Source: an uncultured Spirochaetota bacterium (GTDB lineage: Bacteria; Spirochaetota; B62-G9; DRHN01). From it: DNA of 64,000 nucleotides. The stretch covers positions 1,271 through 65,270 of the forward strand of contig CAYWUT010000003.1 of the NCBI GenBank assembly GCA_964460545.1, read 5' to 3'. The notes under the pieces were generated by a model. That model was not told where the DNA came from and ran no database searches. It was given only the letters and a program-made list of their open reading frames with translations. Of the stretch, positions 57,880 through 64,000 are shown one piece after another. How positions within the stretch are numbered: position 1 is the stretch's first letter; each line of letters starts with the position of its first letter. The position numbers and the translations under genes are program-made.

Positions 57880-58779
57880 ATGGGTTTCATACCGTCATAC
57901 AGTGCGCTTTACAAGAACGGAAAACTGGCGGCTGTCGCCGAGGAGCTGGAAGCCCGAATGCAGGACTGCAGTCTCTGCCCCCGTTCATGCTCCGTGGACA
58001 GAAGAACGGGTCGGGGCTCGTGCGGGAGCGGCCTGCTGCCGGTCGTGTCTTCGGCCGGTCCGCATTTCGGGGAAGAACGGTGCCTCGTGGGACGGGGCGG
58101 GGCGGGCACCATCTTCTTTACGCACTGCAACATGGCATGCGTTTTCTGCCAGAACTACGATATATCGCAGCTCGGGCAGGGGAGGGAGATCGGTTACGGA
58201 GAGCTCGCCTCCATGATGCTTTCACTGCAGGCGGCAGGGTGCCACAACATAAACTTCGTGACCCCAACACACATGGTCTACGCAATCGTCAGGGCCCTGA
58301 TCATAGCCGCGGGCCGGGGGCTTTCAGTACCGCTCGTTTACAATTCCGGCGGATACGATTCGGTGGATACGCTCAAGCTGCTCGAGGGCGTTTTCGACAT
58401 TTACATGCCGGACTTCAAGTACTGGGACGTGGATACGGCACGCCGTTTCAGCGGGGTCGAACATTATCCGGAAACGGCGCGAGCGGCACTGCGGGAGATG
58501 CACGGCCAGGTCGGGGACCTGCAAATCGATTCGACCGGGATTGCCCGCCGCGGTCTCCTGGTACGACACCTCGTTCTGCCGGGAAATCTTGCCGGTACCA
58601 CGGATATTATAGATTTTGTACGGGGTCTCTCTTCCCGTACCTTTCTCAACATCATGGATCAGTACAGGCCGGCTTTTCGGGCAGATACGTATAACGAGCT
58701 GAAACGCAGGCCCACGCTCGAAGAGGTGGATGAGGCGATACGCTACGCCCGCGGATCGGGGCTGACACGCCTGGGGTGA
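57880..58779 (+). CDS. Radical SAM protein, PflX family (COG1313)
   Basis: An upstream Cys cluster (CSLCPRSCSVDRRTGRGSCG), then the radical SAM CNMACVFC (CxxxCxxC) motif. Confidence 0.8.
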   Translation: MGFIPSYSALYKNGKLAAVAEELEARMQDCSLCPRSCSVDRRTGRGSCGSGLLPVVSSAGPHFGEERCLVGRGGAGTIFFTHCNMACVFCQNYDISQLGQGREIGYGELASMMLSLQAAGCHNINFVTPTHMVYAIVRALIIAAGRGLSVPLVYNSGGYDSVDTLKLLEGVFDIYMPDFKYWDVDTARRFSGVEHYPETARAALREMHGQVGDLQIDSTGIARRGLLVRHLVLPGNLAGTTDIIDFVRGLSSRTFLNIMDQYRPAFRADTYNELKRRPTLEEVDEAIRYARGSGLTRLG

Positions 58780-58889
58780 ACCGGTAAAAATCGGCGGCCG
58801 CCGGCGTGAATTACTGGTGGAAGACTGTTTTTTGTGATATGGTCGAAAAATCCTCATGCGTAACGACGTTCGGAGGGGGCGCTTAAAGC

Positions 58890-60236
58890 ATGAAAAATAT
58901 CATGGTTGTGGATGATGAGGCGGTCATTGTATCACAGCTCGAGGAAGAGCTGACCCGCATGAACTACCATGTGACGGCAACCGCCTTCAACGGTCCGGAT
59001 GCCGTTGACAGGGCACGCTCCACAAGGCCCGACCTCATACTGATCGACGTCGTCATGCAGGGAGAAATGAGCGGGATCGATGCAGCGTGCAAAATAAGGA
59101 GGGAGCTCGATATTCCCATTGTGTTCATTACCGCCTACCCGGATGACATGTTAATCGACAAGGTAAAAGATGCCGAACCTCAGGGGTTCATTATAAAGCC
59201 TTTCAGCAGCAACCTGCTCAAGGTCGTGGTCGAGTTGGCCCTTCACAGGCGGGATGTGGAGATGAAACTGAGGGATTCAGAGGAACGTTACAGAAACTTG
59301 TTCGAAAACCTCTCCGACGTTTACTTAGAAACGAACATTGACGGGACCATACTCGAGGCAAGCCCGTCCGTGAAGGCCTGCCTCGGATACGGGAGGGAGG
59401 AGGTCCTGGGGAAGTCGATCAAGCCGTTCTACACGGACCTGTCCCGGCGGGATGAGCTGCTCGAGGAGCTTAAGAAAAAGGGGGAAGTTTTCGACTTTGA
59501 GATCGAGTTAAAGGGCAGGTCAGGTAAGGTGCCAATATCCGCGAGCATGCGCCTGCTAAACGGAAGAGGGGAGCCCGATCGGATCATCGGTTCGTTTCGC
59601 GAGATAACAGAAAGGAAGGCGATGGAGGTTGAGCTGGCCCATTTCAAGGACTACCTGATCTCCGTTATCAACTGCATAACCGACCCCATCATCGTCAAGG
59701 ACAGCGGCCATCGATGGCTTCTCGTAAACGACGGGTTCTGCACATTCGCAGGGAGAACACGTGAGGAGCTCCTTGGAAAAACGGACCATGATTTCTTTCC
59801 GAAGCATGAAGCGGATATTTTCTGGGAGAAGGACAGCGAGGTCCTGAAAACCGGCAAAGAGGTGATAAACGACGAAACCATCACGGATTCACACGGGAAC
59901 ACGAGGAACATCATAACGAACAAGACCCTCTATACGACCCCCTCGGGGGAAAAGTACGTCATTGCCATCGGACATGACGTAACGGAGCGCAAAAAGCTCG
60001 AGCAGGAACGGGAAGAGCTCATTGGAAACCTGCGTGAAGCCCTCTCAAAGGTGAAAACCCTGAGCGGCCTTATCCCCATTTGCTCGGTATGCAAGAAGAT
60101 AAGAGACGACGAGGGTTACTGGACGCAGGTCGATGAATATATAAGGGAACACTCCCCGGTCGAGTTCAGCCACGGCATATGCCCCGACTGTGCACGAAAG
60201 CTCTATCCCGACGTGTTCGGAACCGATACTCAATAA
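58890..60236 (+). CDS. Response-regulator receiver / tandem PAS protein with a C-terminal Cys4 tail domain
   Basis: REC (phospho-acceptor D in DLILIDVVM), two PAS regions, then a conserved tail (LIPICSVCKKIRDDEGYW...FSHGICPDC). Confidence 0.85.
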   Translation: MKNIMVVDDEAVIVSQLEEELTRMNYHVTATAFNGPDAVDRARSTRPDLILIDVVMQGEMSGIDAACKIRRELDIPIVFITAYPDDMLIDKVKDAEPQGFIIKPFSSNLLKVVVELALHRRDVEMKLRDSEERYRNLFENLSDVYLETNIDGTILEASPSVKACLGYGREEVLGKSIKPFYTDLSRRDELLEELKKKGEVFDFEIELKGRSGKVPISASMRLLNGRGEPDRIIGSFREITERKAMEVELAHFKDYLISVINCITDPIIVKDSGHRWLLVNDGFCTFAGRTREELLGKTDHDFFPKHEADIFWEKDSEVLKTGKEVINDETITDSHGNTRNIITNKTLYTTPSGEKYVIAIGHDVTERKKLEQEREELIGNLREALSKVKTLSGLIPICSVCKKIRDDEGYWTQVDEYIREHSPVEFSHGICPDCARKLYPDVFGTDTQ

Positions 60237-60276
60237 ACCGCCCCACCGTCTCTGCAAGCATATAAAAAATACGAAG

Positions 60277-61008
60277 TTACACGCCCGTAAAGGGAGTGCC
60301 TGTCCGCCTCCTGACGTATACCTGGTCCACCATCGCCCGGTCCGAAAGAGAGAGGAGGTACAGGACCGTATTTGCGATGTCCTCGGGCAGGATGAGAATG
60401 GAGGTATCGAGGTCGGGACGCGCGGAGGTTGCGAAACCGGTGTCGACGCCTCCGGGCTGTATCGCGGAAACCTGAATGTTGTGTTCCTGCGCTTCCACGG
60501 CGAGGGACTTGGTTATACCCATGACCCCGTGCTTGCTCGCAGTGTACGCGGACTGGTTCGGATAGCCCTTGAATCCCACGACGCTCGAGATATTGATGAT
60601 AAAGCCCTTTCGTACGGGTACCATCATCCGCATCGCCTGCTGGCAGCACAGATACAGGCCGCGAAGATTGACGCTCATGATGCGGTCAAAATCCTCTATG
60701 GGAAAATCGACCAGCTTTCCCCATGTACCTGTAGCGGCATTGTTGACGAGGATATCCAGCTTCCCGGGCCCGGATTTCACCTTTTCGAAGAGGCGTTCGA
60801 TGTCCTCTTCTTTACTGATATCCGTTTCAACGGGCAGGGACCGGCCGCCGCCGCCGGTGATTTCTTTCTGTACTTGATAAAGCGCGTCCCTGTTTCGGGC
60901 CGCCAGCACGACCTCGGCCCCCTTTTTTGCGAGCTCGATGCTGATAGTCCTTCCTATTCCCCTGCTGGCACCCGTAACGAGCGCAACCTGACCTGTCAGA
61001 TCCGTCAT
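60277..61008 (-). CDS. SDR-family oxidoreductase (FabG-like)
   Basis: TGASRGIG and YxxxK motifs. 243 aa. Confidence 0.85.
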   Translation of the reverse strand: MTDLTGQVALVTGASRGIGRTISIELAKKGAEVVLAARNRDALYQVQKEITGGGGRSLPVETDISKEEDIERLFEKVKSGPGKLDILVNNAATGTWGKLVDFPIEDFDRIMSVNLRGLYLCCQQAMRMMVPVRKGFIINISSVVGFKGYPNQSAYTASKHGVMGITKSLAVEAQEHNIQVSAIQPGGVDTGFATSARPDLDTSILILPEDIANTVLYLLSLSDRAMVDQVYVRRRTGTPFTGV

Positions 61009-61077
61009 ATTTCAAACCTCCGCCTGAATATGCTTTTTTGCACCGTACCGTATATGTGCTTCCCCCGCGCGCCACAT

Positions 61078-62265
61078 CTACTTGAAGAGAGAGGCCACGA
61101 GGGGTATTCCGCCGATAAAGGTCCCGATAGACGACCCGAGGTTCGAGAGTACGAAAACGAGGAGCACGTGCGTGAAGCGGTTTCGGTAAAAACCCTTGAG
61201 GGTCGTTATATCGTCGAGCAGGTTCTCGAAATCGCCCACCCTGGGTTTTTTGAGCGTTCCCTCGAGTATGCCGGTTAGAATGCCGACCCCTATAACGGGA
61301 ACGAGCGATGTGAACGGGGCGGCCGCGAACGCCAGTACAATGGTGAGAGGATGCGCCAGGGCTACTGCAGCTCCCACAGCCGACAGCGAGCCGTTGATGA
61401 GTATCCATTTGAACATGTGGCTGATCGTGGTTGCGGAACCCCTCAGTATGAATCCCGCCCCGATAAGGCCCAGGATAACGACCGGAACCGCCCAGGGAAG
61501 GACCTTGCGGAGCAGGGTCTTGTCCGGAACCTCCTCGAGCGCGGAAACGTCGGTATCCGCTTCCCCTGCCTCGATCCTGTGCAGCCTGTCGATGATGCCG
61601 GGAACATGCCCGGCCCCGACCACGGCAACGATCTTTTCACCCTCGGACTCATATATCTTTGCCGCAAGGTAGGTGTCGCGTTCGTCGATGAGGACCTCTT
61701 TCACGCGCGGCAGAAAGTTCGCGATCTCGTCGAGCATGGACTCCAGCGCGCTCTTCTTTTTCAGCTCCTCGATCTCCTGTTCGGTCAGCTTCTGACCGGA
61801 AAAGAGGGAGCCCACCATGACGGCGAGCATCTTGTTCTTGGCCCAGAAACCGGACCGTGACCACGCGCGCTTGAGCGTTATCTGTATTTCCCTGTCGCAG
61901 AGCGAGAAGGGCTTGTTCAGCTCCTCCGCCTTTTCAATGGCAGCCACCATCTCCGCGCCCGGCTTGATGCCGAGATCGAGGCCGAGCCGTCTCTGGAAAG
62001 ACGCGAGCACGAGGTTCGCCATGAGCAGGAAGCCCTTTCGCTCGCGGATCACGCGGGTGATGTTCAGGTTTTTCCACGCCGACTCCTGTGTGATGGAGCG
62101 GTAGCGGGACGCATCGATCTCGACGCAGACCCTGTCCGGGTTCTCATCGGCTATGGTTTTTTTTACCTCTTCCACGCTCGTGCTCGAAACGTGGGCAGTT
62201 CCGACGATAATGACCGTCCTTTTTCCGATAGTGAGGCGCGTGATGTTCTGTTCGGACACGTTCAT
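61078..62265 (-). CDS. TraB/GumN family protein
   Basis: The N-terminal TraB-family region (VIIVGTAHVSSTSVEEV) plus C-terminal TM helices. Confidence 0.75.
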   Translation of the reverse strand: MNVSEQNITRLTIGKRTVIIVGTAHVSSTSVEEVKKTIADENPDRVCVEIDASRYRSITQESAWKNLNITRVIRERKGFLLMANLVLASFQRRLGLDLGIKPGAEMVAAIEKAEELNKPFSLCDREIQITLKRAWSRSGFWAKNKMLAVMVGSLFSGQKLTEQEIEELKKKSALESMLDEIANFLPRVKEVLIDERDTYLAAKIYESEGEKIVAVVGAGHVPGIIDRLHRIEAGEADTDVSALEEVPDKTLLRKVLPWAVPVVILGLIGAGFILRGSATTISHMFKWILINGSLSAVGAAVALAHPLTIVLAFAAAPFTSLVPVIGVGILTGILEGTLKKPRVGDFENLLDDITTLKGFYRNRFTHVLLVFVLSNLGSSIGTFIGGIPLVASLFK

Positions 62266-62375
62266 CTTCTCCTGTTCCGCGCTGATGGCAAAAGGTACTA
62301 CCGATGGAACCCGTTGTAAAGGAATGGCTGCTCGGGCCTGGAGACGGTGCCTGAGGGCAGAAGCCTGTACGTAAA

Positions 62376-62402
62376 ATACCCGGCCCTCCCGAAGGAGAGC
62401 CG
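62376..62402 (-). terminator. Candidate intrinsic terminator downstream of the lipoprotein gene (T-rich on both sides)
   Basis: A GC-rich hairpin (CCCGGCcCTCC-cgaa-GGAGaGCCGGG) flanked by TTTATTTTT on the plus strand and TATTTTAC on the minus strand. Confidence 0.35.
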
Positions 62403-62466
62403 GGTTTATTTTTCATAGTACTTCCCTGCGTAATAATCTTTTACAGGGTATCGGGATCAACCGTCA

Positions 62467-63708
62467 TTAATCGTAATCGTAATAGTAATCGTAATACGTG
62501 AGAAAATCCGATCCCGAGATATCTGATACGCTGTAGTCCGAAACCGTGTTGACCGGGGTGATGACCCCTCCCGACATCTTGAACACGTACCAGGCCGTGC
62601 CCGCGCTGTTCGGAACGTTGAACGTTGCCGCAAGTCCGGTGGAATCGTACACGTTCACCTGTGCGCTCGACGACGCGAGTACCATACTCGAAGATCCCGA
62701 ATAGGATGAAAAATCGTGCACGTAATACCGGTACTCGCCCGTTACCTGCTCGTAGACCGTGATCGTCTCCGGGCCGTAGCTTGAGACGTCGTCCCAGTCC
62801 AGCTCGCAGTAGGGCACGTCGTCGTCCACACCCTGGGCGCCGTAGTACACGTGGAACAGTTCGGTCTCGCCCTCCACCGGTCCGGTCATGTGGCTGTCCA
62901 GGTCCGAGGGAGTCGCGCCCCAGGTGAGGACCACGCGCACCTGCCCTGCTTCGAGCGTCTTGGTCACGGAGTAGTTCTGTTCGTTGATCTCGATGTCCCC
63001 GATCACGACCACGGTGAAATACCCCGTGATGTACCCGGAAGCACTCACCTGCGCAGTGTACACGCCCGCGTCAACGCCGGTAAATTCATAATCCCCGTAA
63101 TATTCGTCCGTGGTGGCGGTGTCCACCGTGGAACCGCTCGTGGCGTTCATGCCCGCACGCAGTGTTATCGAAGCACTCGCAACACCGTCGCCGGAAAAGG
63201 CGTCCTTTATCCTTCCGCTCGCGTCACCCTCTCCCGCGTGGTCAGAATCGATGAGGTTGACGAGCTCGAGAATGGTGGTCTCGTCTGCCACCACGTCGAT
63301 GCCGTAAACGGTCACGGATATGTAGTCCGTTTTCGAAACCACGACCGTATAGCCCGTGCCGGCCGTAACCTCGGTGAGCGAAAAGGTGCCGCTCGACCCG
63401 GTCGTGCCCGTGGCAATTTCCGTGGAGCCGCTCTTCACCGTTATGGTGGCTCCGGAAAGTCCGGAGTCCCTGGAACCGTCAGCGGCAAGCGACTCGGAGC
63501 TTCCACCGTAGAAGGCAACGGCGTCCTGTACGAATCCTGAAATACTGCCCGTAGCCCCTGGTTCTACCTGATCCCCGTCCTGCGTGGTATCGTCGGTGGT
63601 TCCCTCGTCCTCGGTGGCGCAGCCGGTCGCGAAGATGATGAAGAGCGCGAGAAAGGAAACGAAGAGCAGCAGTAGAATGCGGTATTTTTTCAGCATTGCG
63701 ATGTTCAT
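62467..63708 (-). CDS. Lipoprotein with carboxypeptidase-regulatory-like beta-sandwich repeats and a Tyr/Asp-rich C-terminal tail
   Basis: Lipobox (LFIIFATGC), a Thr/Asp/Gly-rich linker, beta-rich repeats, and a tail ending YYDYYYDYD*. Confidence 0.55.
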   Translation of the reverse strand: MNIAMLKKYRILLLLFVSFLALFIIFATGCATEDEGTTDDTTQDGDQVEPGATGSISGFVQDAVAFYGGSSESLAADGSRDSGLSGATITVKSGSTEIATGTTGSSGTFSLTEVTAGTGYTVVVSKTDYISVTVYGIDVVADETTILELVNLIDSDHAGEGDASGRIKDAFSGDGVASASITLRAGMNATSGSTVDTATTDEYYGDYEFTGVDAGVYTAQVSASGYITGYFTVVVIGDIEINEQNYSVTKTLEAGQVRVVLTWGATPSDLDSHMTGPVEGETELFHVYYGAQGVDDDVPYCELDWDDVSSYGPETITVYEQVTGEYRYYVHDFSSYSGSSSMVLASSSAQVNVYDSTGLAATFNVPNSAGTAWYVFKMSGGVITPVNTVSDYSVSDISGSDFLTYYDYYYDYD

Positions 63709-63895
63709 GTAATGAACCTCCTTAATTGAAATGTGGTTTATAAGCTTAATATAAGCTCGTTACCGGCGTTGTAAATATATTTCAATCGTCTTTGGAAAAA
63801 TTATCCTGTAACAACTGCCCTGTTGCTGGAAAGCCCCGGTTTCTCTATATTGTATACACGGTTATATCATAATACTGCAGGATGAGAGAAAATCA

Positions 63896-64000
63896 ATGAA
63901 AATAACGGCCGCCCAGCTCAATCCCGTTGTCGGCGATATAGAGGGGAACCTCGCCCGGGTGGTGGAATCCGTGACGTCCGCGCTTAAGTACGGGGCGGAC
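63896..64000 (+). CDS. Carbon-nitrogen hydrolase (nitrilase superfamily) N-terminus, partial
   Basis: MKITAAQLNPVVGDIEGNL... is typical of the CN-hydrolase domain of NadE/Nit proteins. It runs off the window end. Confidence 0.55.
   Translation, partial: MKITAAQLNPVVGDIEGNLARVVESVTSALKYGAD

Noticed and set aside
1-64000. Searched for CRISPR arrays, IS/transposase or integrase genes, rRNA, toxin-antitoxin pairs and known defence-system gene signatures
   Set aside because: No regularly spaced direct repeats. No transposase, integrase or recombinase motifs. No rRNA-like conserved blocks. The only tandem repeat is the 2 x 41 bp unit at 21109-21190.

Overview
This is a 64 kb, high-GC (roughly 58-60%) bacterial chromosomal segment, densely coded on both strands. 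I found no rRNA, CRISPR array, transposase or integrase. What I can support from sequence: (1) a nitrogen-assimilation operon amtB-glnK-glnA on the minus strand, preceded by a consensus sigma-54 promoter and a divergent GAF/sigma-54/HTH (NifA-like) activator gene. (2) Housekeeping genes: pyruvate kinase, a Fur-family regulator followed by a NifX/NifB-like domain protein and an Mrp/NBP35 ATPase, TPR proteins, rsmA, purine salvage (adenosine deaminase, PfkB kinase), coaX, tRNA-Val(TAC), ychF, typA. (3) A histidine-utilisation locus (hutH, a bifunctional glutamate formiminotransferase-cyclodeaminase, hutU, hutI). It is split by a six-gene accessory module: a SAM methyltransferase, a Na+/solute symporter, a cupin, two tandem MmgE/PrpD paralogs and a URO-D-family protein. 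The substrate is unknown; this is my best candidate for an undescribed catabolic system. (4) A roughly 2 kb low-GC islet carrying mgtC and the decayed remains of a Dam-like (D12) DNA methyltransferase. (5) A cell-surface block: an Ig-like repeat protein with a T9SS-type C-terminal sorting domain, a FadL/PorV-like outer-membrane barrel carrying a roughly 470-aa coiled-coil insertion, and a large adhesin-like gene that is 5'-truncated and carries two in-frame stops. (6) A PF09818 ABC-class ATPase next to a PflX-type radical SAM enzyme, and a REC-PAS-PAS regulator ending in a Cys4 tail. All functional calls rest on protein motifs I recognised by eye; I ran no database search.
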